From a virus (Duplodnaviria; Caudoviricetes), in IMG/VR virus record IMGVR_UViG_3300029319_000053, positions 1-57,682 of that record: DNA of 57,682 nucleotides, one strand, 5' to 3'. This document shows, one piece after another, positions 25,153-34,040 of this stretch. Within the stretch, counting starts at the first letter, position 1. Each line of letters begins with the position of its first letter. The notes beneath the pieces are model-generated. The model worked only from the letters and a program-made list of their open reading frames with translations, had not been told where the DNA came from and made no database searches. The translations under genes and the position numbers were made by a program.

Positions 25153-25555
25153 ATTTTCCAAGCTTTAACAGCTCCTCCTTGTTTATTAAATGTTGTGCTT
25201 CTATATCATCTTTGCTTTGCCCTGTGTAGGCAACAGCAAGGTAGTTATCAATAAGCGCTTGGTTTAGATCTACGTCATCTGCAACGATAACCCCTAGAAC
25301 TCTACCGAACTTCCCTTTCTTGTCTAGTTTTGTTTGTATTTTTAAATCATCAGCGTGCAGGATAGCATCTGATAAAAACTTACCAGCTAGTTTACCTCTA
25401 GCTTTTTCGTCTAAATCTCTTGTTCGTGATTCTGGCGTGTCGATTCCGTATAACCTGACACGAGACTTATATGATATATCAAAACCTAAATCTATTATAG
25501 CGTCGACAGTGTCTCCATCTACCACCCGGGTTATTTCGCACCTATACTCGTACAT
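25133..25555 (-). CDS. Thermonuclease (SNase-like) family protein
   Basis: RVVDGDTVD, RVRLYGIDTPE, GKFGRVLG. Confidence 0.93.
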   Translation of the reverse strand: MYEYRCEITRVVDGDTVDAIIDLGFDISYKSRVRLYGIDTPESRTRDLDEKARGKLAGKFLSDAILHADDLKIQTKLDKKGKFGRVLGVIVADDVDLNQALIDNYLAVAYTGQSKDDIEAQHLINKEELLKLGKYEEVTG

Positions 25556-25746
25556 TATTTACCCACTGCTTTTTGAGCTTTTTTGTGAGCAGCTCTAAAA
25601 GTAGAACCTTTCATCATGAGGTTTTTCATATACTTCATGTGCTTTGCACTATGGTGTTTGGAATGTCGCTTCATAGTAGCCTCCTGCCTTTTAGTCAAAG
25701 CTTTTTTCTTTGTAGGTTTTTTCCTTGTTTTTCTTTTATACGCCAT
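25555..25746 (-). CDS. Lys/His-rich small basic protein
   Basis: ORF track; TAATG coupling; HSKHHSAKHM...AHKKAQK. Confidence 0.75.
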   Translation of the reverse strand: MAYKRKTRKKPTKKKALTKRQEATMKRHSKHHSAKHMKYMKNLMMKGSTFRAAHKKAQKAVGK

Positions 25747-25757
25747 AGTTTATTCTA

Positions 25758-26102
25758 TCAATCTCCTGTTATGGTATCAACTTCTGCTGGGCCATAAATT
25801 TTCCAAGTAAATATAGCATCTAAACGTGTTTCGTTTTCTATATCTTTATACCATTGTATAACTTGGGCATTTGTTAAATCTTTTATTAAAATAAAATCAG
25901 AAGGTATTCCGTTATCTTTTATAGAAAAAGGACTAAATACTTTAGAAAAATTTTCAGTAAGTGTTTTAGAACTGTCTGCTTTATCTGTAGCTGTAACTGC
26001 AACAGTTATCTCCGTAACTATAGCTGTGTCGTCATGTTCACTAAGTGGAGTTGTATGCACACCAACATAAGCATAACTGTAATTAAAATTATGTATTGCC
26101 AC
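25758..26102 (-). CDS. Hypothetical tail-associated protein
   Basis: GGAGG RBS; follows the tail tip gene. Confidence 0.7.
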   Translation of the reverse strand: MAIHNFNYSYAYVGVHTTPLSEHDDTAIVTEITVAVTATDKADSSKTLTENFSKVFSPFSIKDNGIPSDFILIKDLTNAQVIQWYKDIENETRLDAIFTWKIYGPAEVDTITGD

Positions 26103-28033
26103 TATGCCTCCGAGAACCTATAAAACGCAAATTGTACAGATGAAAGGAATCTGTTACTTCCATCTCCTTGCGCTAGTATATATAAAGCCATAGTAGAACT
26201 AGTGCTACTTGTTTTTCTTACAGATACGTCTAACTGCACCATATGATTTGTGCTATCAAATCTATCAATAGCTGACCAAAACTGTGATTGTCCTGAATGG
26301 TATTGAGCAGATCCACTATCTGCAATAGGTACATTCATATTAGAGTTATTTGAGTACGCAAAATCACTTCTTAAATCAAAACTAGAACCAGACCCATAAC
26401 TACCATCTCCTATAACTATACTAAGTGTTTTAACTTGTCCATTGCTACCAAAAACACGAACGTAACCACTGTATATACCAGTCGCTGTGCCAATATCAGC
26501 TACGTGTACTAGACGCATAGTATTATTAGCCCAAGGTCCCACACTAGATACAGTGCCTCTAGCTATGGGTAAAACTAAATTTGTTACATTAATTTTATCA
26601 GCAGTAATAGTATTAGAATCAATTCTATCCGCAGATAAAAAACCTGCATTTATTTTAGTTGCGTTTAAATCATTTATCTTTGCGTTAGTGATTTGTGCAT
26701 CACCTACGAGCGCAGTTGTAATATTTGCCGTCGCAATTTTAGCCGTTGTAATTTGAGCGTCTCCAATCTTAGCCGTTGTAATCGCTGCGTTTGAAATTTT
26801 AGCACTTTGAATTGTTCCGTCTAAAATACGTGCATTTGTTATAGCTCCGTCTTGGATACGCGCGCTGTCTATAAATACTGAACCCCCACTAACTATAAAA
26901 GGTGCTACGTTAGTACTACCACTAAATATAGCAAACTTATCTGCTTGAAATTGCACAAAAGATTGTGCTCCTGAGCCATCACTAGCATTAGAGCCAATCA
27001 CCATTCCAGCTACTGATTTACTATTGTTAGACTCTGTAGCTACTTGCAATACAAACATTGCATTAAGATCACCTGTATGACTAGCTGTAGTAGTATTCAA
27101 CGTGTTAATTGAACTAGTGTTGCCATTAACAGTAGAGGTCAAACTAGTTACAGAAGATGCAGTAGCATTTTGTGCATTAGTTACTGTAACAATGTCAGAC
27201 TGAGCAGTAGCCATAGCCGCAGTTAAAGTGCTACCTGTAAAACTAGTACTACCAAAAAGATTAACTAGTGTTGCATCACGTCCTGCCACCCAAGCATTAT
27301 TAGAAGCATTTCGTGTATATATTTGACCGTCATCAGTATCAAACCAAATATCAAAAGCCCCTATAGATGAACCGTCTGCTCTGGTACTTGGTGCACTAGA
27401 AGATTTTATTACGTTAGCAGCTGCTGCTGTTGTAGTTATTAAATTAAATCCAGGTAAGTTAGATAAACTTTCTGATAGCTGTTGCATAACAGCTCCTATA
27501 TTTTCTATAGTATCTGCTTTTGTGCCGTTAGTTTGATTAAAAGGCCCTCTTACATTACTGGTGCTTACAAACCTAACCCAATAAAAATATGTCTGATCAT
27601 AGCCAACGGGGTCTGTAATAATAAAAGAAGCAGTAGTTGTTATAAGAGTTGCAGTTCCTACCTCATCATCTCTTGAACGCCACACCTCTGTAAAAGCATG
27701 GTTACTATACTGAGCGGGGTTCCAAGTAACTATTATTTCTGTAAAAGCACCAGAAGCCTCTAGGCCTGTAGGAGCAGGAGGAATAGTTAAATCGCCTTTT
27801 TGATCATCGTTGGGTATAAAATCAATAAGACCATTTGGGTCAAACGGTCTCTCACTTAGACGTTTTGCTAAACCGCTTTCTACAAGTTCTCTAAGAGTAA
27901 CAGCTCTATCTAAAGGGTCGCCACGTCTACCTAATCTAATCTCTTGAGCTTCTCTCATGGACTCAAGAGTATCTCTTAATTCTCTATCTATTTTTGGTGG
28001 GATGTTTTTTAAGGCAGGAACTTTAGTAGACAT
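26102..28033 (-). CDS. Tail tip/fibre protein (FN3-like domain, coiled coil, DUF1983-like region, ITTAKI repeats)
   Basis: PPAPTGL...YFYWVRFVS; FQADKFAI; repeated ITxAKI. Confidence 0.8.
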   Translation of the reverse strand: MSTKVPALKNIPPKIDRELRDTLESMREAQEIRLGRRGDPLDRAVTLRELVESGLAKRLSERPFDPNGLIDFIPNDDQKGDLTIPPAPTGLEASGAFTEIIVTWNPAQYSNHAFTEVWRSRDDEVGTATLITTTASFIITDPVGYDQTYFYWVRFVSTSNVRGPFNQTNGTKADTIENIGAVMQQLSESLSNLPGFNLITTTAAAANVIKSSSAPSTRADGSSIGAFDIWFDTDDGQIYTRNASNNAWVAGRDATLVNLFGSTSFTGSTLTAAMATAQSDIVTVTNAQNATASSVTSLTSTVNGNTSSINTLNTTTASHTGDLNAMFVLQVATESNNSKSVAGMVIGSNASDGSGAQSFVQFQADKFAIFSGSTNVAPFIVSGGSVFIDSARIQDGAITNARILDGTIQSAKISNAAITTAKIGDAQITTAKIATANITTALVGDAQITNAKINDLNATKINAGFLSADRIDSNTITADKINVTNLVLPIARGTVSSVGPWANNTMRLVHVADIGTATGIYSGYVRVFGSNGQVKTLSIVIGDGSYGSGSSFDLRSDFAYSNNSNMNVPIADSGSAQYHSGQSQFWSAIDRFDSTNHMVQLDVSVRKTSSTSSTMALYILAQGDGSNRFLSSVQFAFYRFSEA

Positions 28034-30024
28034 TAGATTGCCCTTAATTCAGCCATTGAATCTCCTACGCAAATTTCATTGACGATGGTAGCTCCTTCTA
28101 CTTCTACTGCGTATGTTTTATGAACGCTGGCCGGTAAACGTACAACAGGTTCTGATATAGCCGTTGAACTAAAACTAGGCGTAGTGCCTGTTACAGTAAA
28201 AGCATTACCAGAAGAAGCTATAACAGCATTATATATAACACTGCCATCTCCGTATACTTTTACTCTAACTGGGTAGGTTTCTGCATCTACTTTTGCAAAA
28301 CCCATACTCGTAGGTTTAGGCATAACATATTCTTTAGATTTCCAATTAAAAGTTAAATTAGTATTGCTACCTTGAAATTTTTTAATCGTGTTGCTTATAA
28401 TTAAATATAACTGACTGTCGTCCGGATCTGTATGGCCGCCACGTATCAAACCGCTAGCATCTAAATCTACAAAACTTGTACCATCAGATACTCTTGGGTC
28501 AAATATAAAACCGCCATATCCACTACCTGTAGAATAAAAACCTACATATCTTTGTTCCCACAAAAAACCTGTAATAGTAGCGGGGTAATAAATAGATTGC
28601 CATTGACTAGGAGTTATTATACCTTCTGTAAGGTTTCGTACAGTTGTTCCTTCAGCTGCGATCAAACCGTCCGGACTAGCATATATAACATAAGGACCCA
28701 TATCTACCATAGACCGTTTGTTTAAATTAGCTTGTGAACTTTCTATACGTATTGCAGTCATAGTGTCAGGGCCTGAACCTGTAATTAAGTAAGGCACACC
28801 TTTTGTAGTAACTAACACACCATTCGATACTACTTTTATGGCTACTATTTCTTCTTCAATAGCTATTCTATAAGAAGCGGGCCAAGCGTGTGGTAAAAAA
28901 GCTTCACTAAAACATACACGTTTACCAGTAAAACCTGCAAACACACCTCCCGGTAGAGCACATAACCCTTTCATAGGCCCATCAGGATACAAAGTTGTAT
29001 CGTCGTCTGGTGGTGCAATCCATGTAGTAGAAGGTATTACTTCTGCTAGTTCGTTATTATTTGACGTATCCGCATATGTAGTTGTAGCGAGCGTTACCTC
29101 TGCAACAAACTGAAATGCGGTTGTATTTGAACCGGTGTTAGATCTATATATACGTTTCTTAAGTAAGTTAGTATTTGATTTTGCACTACTAGTTTCTAGG
29201 TTACTTAAGTTTACGGTCTGATTATCGTCTGTTGTCACCACAGTAGAGGCAGGAGAGGGTGGCCCTTCTTCACCATAAGCAGTTACAAAGGTATAAACAT
29301 AAGATGTTTCAAAATCTATATTGGCGTCTGACGGTCCGCCAAAAGCAGCACCATTTGTTACAGAGCTTGATGTGCCGCTGCCTGTAGCAGAACCACTGGT
29401 TTCTACAGTAAGAGTTGTGGCAGACGGAGTGGATACTATTTTAAAATCGCCATTTATTTCATCGGCAGTAAGACCATTAGTATCACTAAAACCTGCAAGC
29501 GTAACAAACTGATTTGCGGCAGTATTATGAGCACTAGCAGTGGTTACAGTTATAGTACCAGAACTTTGTGTTGTAGTTATGGTTGCGTTTATTTGGGTTG
29601 CAGCAGCTACGGCTACAGTTGGAGCGGCTGTTGGGGCTGGTACACCTAATCTATAAAAAGCATCTGGATACGGTGCACTACCTAAAATGATGTCACTTCT
29701 ACCCATCCTAGGAAAAGATTGACCAGACCAGTAGATCGTGTCATTAGTGTCCCCGGCAATCGGTCCACGTACGACGTCTACATCTTCATCAAACTGCAAC
29801 CAACGTTCTGGACTGTCAGTATATTTAAATATGGTTTGCTTAGTTGTATTAGCTAGAGTTGAAACACCGCTAGAAGGGTTGGTAGTAGAATTATCTGTTA
29901 TAGGAACTAAACGTCCGCTCTCTAAGTTTACATCCGTTGCAGTTTGGGCAAGAGTATCTGCTAATAGTCTAGGAGATATTCTTGGTGCTTTGCCTCCGAA
30001 TGTATTAAGTTTAAAGTAAGCCAT
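28033..30024 (-). CDS. Tail nozzle/stabilisation-type structural protein
   Basis: F.G.APRISPRLL start; YVYTFVTAYGEEGPPS, RIYRS, FSE.FLPHAWP, WKSKEY. Confidence 0.75.
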   Translation of the reverse strand: MAYFKLNTFGGKAPRISPRLLADTLAQTATDVNLESGRLVPITDNSTTNPSSGVSTLANTTKQTIFKYTDSPERWLQFDEDVDVVRGPIAGDTNDTIYWSGQSFPRMGRSDIILGSAPYPDAFYRLGVPAPTAAPTVAVAAATQINATITTTQSSGTITVTTASAHNTAANQFVTLAGFSDTNGLTADEINGDFKIVSTPSATTLTVETSGSATGSGTSSSVTNGAAFGGPSDANIDFETSYVYTFVTAYGEEGPPSPASTVVTTDDNQTVNLSNLETSSAKSNTNLLKKRIYRSNTGSNTTAFQFVAEVTLATTTYADTSNNNELAEVIPSTTWIAPPDDDTTLYPDGPMKGLCALPGGVFAGFTGKRVCFSEAFLPHAWPASYRIAIEEEIVAIKVVSNGVLVTTKGVPYLITGSGPDTMTAIRIESSQANLNKRSMVDMGPYVIYASPDGLIAAEGTTVRNLTEGIITPSQWQSIYYPATITGFLWEQRYVGFYSTGSGYGGFIFDPRVSDGTSFVDLDASGLIRGGHTDPDDSQLYLIISNTIKKFQGSNTNLTFNWKSKEYVMPKPTSMGFAKVDAETYPVRVKVYGDGSVIYNAVIASSGNAFTVTGTTPSFSSTAISEPVVRLPASVHKTYAVEVEGATIVNEICVGDSMAELRAI

Positions 30025-30028
30025 AAAA

Positions 30029-30484
30029 TCATTTTCCAGTGTTTAGAACAGATTCCTGTAGTTCTTGACTCCTTCTTCCTACTTGAGTAAACCATTTACT
30101 ATCTTGCATCTCAACAGCCATTAGACTCCATTGATGTTTTCTACAAGCGTCTAACATTTTTTTAAACTTAGAAAGCCTCGTGCCACCTAAATTAAAACAC
30201 ATGTTAACAAGCACGTGTTGTATGTTTTCAGGTAAATTATAAAAACCTTCATCTGTACCAAACACATGTATTGCTTCTGCAAGATGTTTATTAAAATCAT
30301 CTTCATAATACATGTCTACTACTTCTTGTGACACTTTTGTACCAACTTCCCAATCATACTCAGGATCTTCTGGTTTACAAAGATGGCCTATACCTAGCGT
30401 TTTAAAACCTAAACTATCTTCATAGATTTCTAAAACTTCACCCTCATGGCGTTTTATTTCAGCTTTACATTTTTCAATGTTCAT
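30029..30484 (-). CDS. T4-type lysozyme (GH24) endolysin
   Basis: HEG..L.IY.DSLG..TLGIGHL, NMCFNLG, EMQDSKW..QVG.R. Confidence 0.93.
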   Translation of the reverse strand: MNIEKCKAEIKRHEGEVLEIYEDSLGFKTLGIGHLCKPEDPEYDWEVGTKVSQEVVDMYYEDDFNKHLAEAIHVFGTDEGFYNLPENIQHVLVNMCFNLGGTRLSKFKKMLDACRKHQWSLMAVEMQDSKWFTQVGRRSQELQESVLNTGK

Positions 30485-30486
30485 AC

Positions 30487-30735
30487 CTACTCCTTTTTTT
30501 CTGTTTCTATTTTAACCTTAGGTTTTATTTTATCTTCTTTTAAAATAGTTTTTAACTCCCCGTTAAGCGCAGCTATGCTTGCTTGCGTTAACTTAACATC
30601 CATTGCTAAGTTATTAAGGTTTTGTTGACCTTTGAATAAAACATTAAAGGCTTCTATTGCTCTAGGCGTTAGATCCTGTATGTCATATTCGTTATCATCA
30701 AAAGTAACAGTTTTTATTTCGTTATTATTTTCCAT
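30487..30735 (-). CDS. Hypothetical protein (tail-fibre-associated type)
   Basis: TAAGGAG RBS; VTFDDNEYDIQDL pattern. Confidence 0.75.
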   Translation of the reverse strand: MENNNEIKTVTFDDNEYDIQDLTPRAIEAFNVLFKGQQNLNNLAMDVKLTQASIAALNGELKTILKEDKIKPKVKIETEKKE

Positions 30736-30776
30736 ATAAATACTCCTTATTAAGTTATGGTTTGTTTAGTATATCC

Positions 30777-30953
30777 TTAAGAAAAAAGCCTGTCCACGCC
30801 GCTCATACCTATAATAAGTATGTAAAGGCCCATAATATATCTAGTATACTTTGAGTCCATAGCGTCAAACTTAGCGTCTCCTTTATCTAGACGTTTCTCT
30901 ATGTTGTCAACTTGTGCTTCTACTTTTGCTAATGATTCTTTAGTTGTCGCCAT
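30777..30953 (-). CDS. 58-aa coiled-coil plus C-terminal TM protein (XhlA/holin-like)
   Basis: Translated by hand: MATTKESLAKVEAQVDNIEKRLDKGDAKFDAMDSKYTRYIMGLYILIIGMSGVDRLFS. Confidence 0.7.
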   Translation of the reverse strand: MATTKESLAKVEAQVDNIEKRLDKGDAKFDAMDSKYTRYIMGLYILIIGMSGVDRLFS

Positions 30954-30955
30954 AA

Positions 30956-31234
30956 TTAATTATTAGATGATATATATGCTTTACCTGTAGTAATAGCATT
31001 AGTGCAATCAGTTTTTTTACTACTTGATGAGCCTTTTACATTAGGCGTTACATCATCACTATCAACAGGTGCGTACTCTAAAATAGTTTCTAAGTGGTCA
31101 ACATTCTTTTGCACCATTGCATTTATTTCAGTTTGTGTCATGCCTGTAACATCCCAACTTCCATCTTTAACACCATTAATTAAATTAACGCTATCCATAG
31201 CGTGGTTTAAACATTCTGTTACTGTTTGTGTCAT
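30956..31234 (-). CDS. Hypothetical fibre-associated protein
   Basis: AAGGAG RBS; AMDSVNLIN...NVDHLE pattern; follows a fibre gene. Confidence 0.75.
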   Translation of the reverse strand: MTQTVTECLNHAMDSVNLINGVKDGSWDVTGMTQTEINAMVQKNVDHLETILEYAPVDSDDVTPNVKGSSSSKKTDCTNAITTGKAYISSNN

Positions 31235-31246
31235 ATTATTCTCCTT

Positions 31247-34039
31247 TTAACTTTCTAGAGCAGCTACTTTTGCTTCTAATTCTTGTATTGCTTTTACTAA
31301 TATAGGTATTAATTTTTCATATTTCATGCCATATTGTTTGCCATCTTGTGATAAAGATATAGTTAAATTACTATTATTATCTTTATTATAACCTGCTGCT
31401 TTTTCTAAAACTTCAACTTCTTGTGCTTTAAAACCAATATCTAATTGAGCTTCTTTATGAGTTCCATCATGTGTAATGGAGTTTAAATCTGTATTTGGGT
31501 TTTTATCCCAATCAACATATTTACTTCTTTCGTCCCATTTAAAAGTATAAGGTTTTAATTGTTTTACAAAATTTAGTCCTATATCTAAATCTTTAAAATC
31601 TGTTTTATCTCTTTCATCAGAAGTAACTGTCAAAGAAACTTTACAACCAAGCTCTATAATGTTGTTATTTCCTAAACATACTCTGTTACTATGACTAGTC
31701 AAATTACCAAGTGGTGAATCTGAACGACCTGCTCTATTTCCAAGTAATAAATTATTAGAACCAGAAGTTAAACTTTGTCCTGCTAATCTACCCACACAAG
31801 TATTATTGTCGCCTGTTGTTAAATCTTCACAAGATTCAGAACCTATAGCAACATTATCATCACCAGTTGTAAGGTTTGTACCAGCAGCATTACCTAATCC
31901 ACAGTTCCCTGCACCTGTAGTTAAAGCGTCAAATACTTGGTAGCCTACACCTGAATTACTTGCTCCACTTGTAGCATTTGTTAAAGCCTGTCTGCCTATG
32001 GCTACATTATTATCTGCTGCACAATCTTGTAAGGCTTGATAACCTACAGCAACATTATCATTTCCACCTGTACCTAGTTGCATGGCTTCTCTGCCTAAAG
32101 CTGTATTACCAGTACCAGTAACATTTTGTGCAGATGTTTCACCAAGAGCAGTATTACTATGACCAGTTGTAGTATTAAGTAAAGATTTACGACCAATTGC
32201 TGTGTTGTTTGAAGCAGTCGTATTAGCACTAAGAGCATCATTACCGACAGCTGTATTTTCAGCACCAGTCGTATTTGCATCTAAGGCTTGATGACCAACA
32301 GCAGTATTGTTTGTAGCTGTCGTGTTAGCAAGTAACGCGTTAACTCCAACAGCCGTATTGTTTGAAGCTGTGGTGTTAGAACCAAGAGCTGATGTGCCAA
32401 CTGCCACATTATAAGAACCAGTTGTGTTTGCATCTAATGCATTGCCACCTAAAGCTACATTTTCAGTACCAGTTGTTATTAGTTTACCAGCGTTTGCTCC
32501 AACTCCTGTATTGAAATCTGCAGTGCTTGCAGATAAAGCATTTGTTCCTAATGCTGTGTTATAACTGTTAGTAACATTTGCATCTAAGGCAGAATGACCA
32601 ACAGATGTGTTAAGTGTACCTGTTGTATTTAATGCTAGAGCATTTTTTCCTACTGCTACATTATGATTAGCTGTGGTATTAGCACTTAAAGCGTTTTGTC
32701 CAATAGCTGTGTTATCTGAACCTGTGGTATTAGCATCAAGAGCAGCATACCCCACTGCGACATTCTCTGAACCTGTAGTGTTGACTGCTAGTGCTGTATG
32801 TCCAAATGCAGTGTTATTATCTGCTGTAGTATTAGCAGATAATGCTTCTACCCCCATAGCTGTATTTCTAGTACCAGTAGTGTTTGCATCTAAAGACAAA
32901 GCACCAACTGCCGTTAATTGGTCTCCTGTGGTGTTTAATTTTAAAGCTGAAGCACCAACTGCTGTGTTATTACTCGCTGTTGTATTTTTATTTAATGCTT
33001 TAAATCCTATACCTGTATTTGCATCAGCAGTTGTATTTTCTTCTAATGCTGCTAACCCTATGCCTGTATTAGAATGTCCGTCTGTATTTGCAGTAAGTGA
33101 TGATTCACCAACAGCAGTATTATTTGAAGCTGTAGTATTAGCTGTTAAAGCACTTTTACCAACTGCAACATTTGAAGCACCTGTGGTATTCGCCAATAGA
33201 GCTGCATTACCAACTGCTGTGTTAGAATCTGCAGTAGTATTATTTTCTAAAGAATTAGCACCAACAGATACATTACCTGTTCCTGTTGTGTTTGTTCTTA
33301 ATGCATCTTTGCCTATAGCAACATTATTACTGCCTGTTGTATGGTCTTCTAATGCTTTATAACCTACTGCTGTATTACTATCGCCTGAAGTTAAAGCTGA
33401 AAACACATCAACACCCAAAGCAGTATTAAAATTAGCTGCATCTATTGTGCCTGTAGCATTATCACCAACCATTATAGAATCAGTACCAAATGTTTTGAAT
33501 GTTGGTCCACTTGCAGGAGCATCTTCCCATGCGACACCACTTCCTGTTGATGTCATTACTTGACCATCAGTTCCTTGGGCTCCACTTATTAAATAGTTTG
33601 TTGCATTTACTGAACTGTTAAATGTTGCAGCGCCACCTTCAGATATATCAAGATGTAAAGCTGTAATAGTTGAACCACCATCAGAGCCTTTAAACCTCCA
33701 ATCTTCATCGCCTGTATTGAGCAAGAAATCAACACCATGTGATTCATGTTTAATTTCAAATACAGCATTTCCGCCTTCATGGAATTTCCAATCATCACCA
33801 TCTGCATCAAGAATGATATCTCCAGCTGCATCTATTGTAAGATTACCTGTAGAACTTATTTGAGAAAAGGTTGGTGTAGATCCTACAGTTTCTATTAGGT
33901 CGGACAATAAAGCTTTCTTCAAAGCATTATCTGTAGCATCGAAGATAAGCATATGGTCAGATCCAACAGCTGTAACTTCAGTCTGTGTTGAGATAACTGA
34001 GGGGTCTAAGTATTCGCCATGTATCTTTGTTTTTGCCAT
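31247..34039 (-). CDS. Tail fibre/adhesin with YadA-like 14-aa beta-roll repeats and C-terminal S74 chaperone
   Basis: Dozens of NTAVGxxALxxNTT repeats; SDERDK...GFKAQEV...YEKLIPILVKAIQEL. Confidence 0.9.
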   Translation of the reverse strand: MAKTKIHGEYLDPSVISTQTEVTAVGSDHMLIFDATDNALKKALLSDLIETVGSTPTFSQISSTGNLTIDAAGDIILDADGDDWKFHEGGNAVFEIKHESHGVDFLLNTGDEDWRFKGSDGGSTITALHLDISEGGAATFNSSVNATNYLISGAQGTDGQVMTSTGSGVAWEDAPASGPTFKTFGTDSIMVGDNATGTIDAANFNTALGVDVFSALTSGDSNTAVGYKALEDHTTGSNNVAIGKDALRTNTTGTGNVSVGANSLENNTTADSNTAVGNAALLANTTGASNVAVGKSALTANTTASNNTAVGESSLTANTDGHSNTGIGLAALEENTTADANTGIGFKALNKNTTASNNTAVGASALKLNTTGDQLTAVGALSLDANTTGTRNTAMGVEALSANTTADNNTAFGHTALAVNTTGSENVAVGYAALDANTTGSDNTAIGQNALSANTTANHNVAVGKNALALNTTGTLNTSVGHSALDANVTNSYNTALGTNALSASTADFNTGVGANAGKLITTGTENVALGGNALDANTTGSYNVAVGTSALGSNTTASNNTAVGVNALLANTTATNNTAVGHQALDANTTGAENTAVGNDALSANTTASNNTAIGRKSLLNTTTGHSNTALGETSAQNVTGTGNTALGREAMQLGTGGNDNVAVGYQALQDCAADNNVAIGRQALTNATSGASNSGVGYQVFDALTTGAGNCGLGNAAGTNLTTGDDNVAIGSESCEDLTTGDNNTCVGRLAGQSLTSGSNNLLLGNRAGRSDSPLGNLTSHSNRVCLGNNNIIELGCKVSLTVTSDERDKTDFKDLDIGLNFVKQLKPYTFKWDERSKYVDWDKNPNTDLNSITHDGTHKEAQLDIGFKAQEVEVLEKAAGYNKDNNSNLTISLSQDGKQYGMKYEKLIPILVKAIQELEAKVAALES

Positions 34040-34040
34040 A

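Noticed and set aside
32673-33362. 229-aa + strand ORF and similar antisense ORFs (e.g. 610..1071, 11853..12275, 19796..20194, 35380..35829, 53920..54312)
   Set aside because: Shadow frames opposite well-supported genes, without an RBS or recognisable motifs.
31700-33450. DNA tandem repeat array or diversity-generating retroelement target
   Set aside because: The periodicity is explained by 14-aa protein repeats with synonymous divergence. I saw no reverse transcriptase or adenine-specific TR/VR pair.
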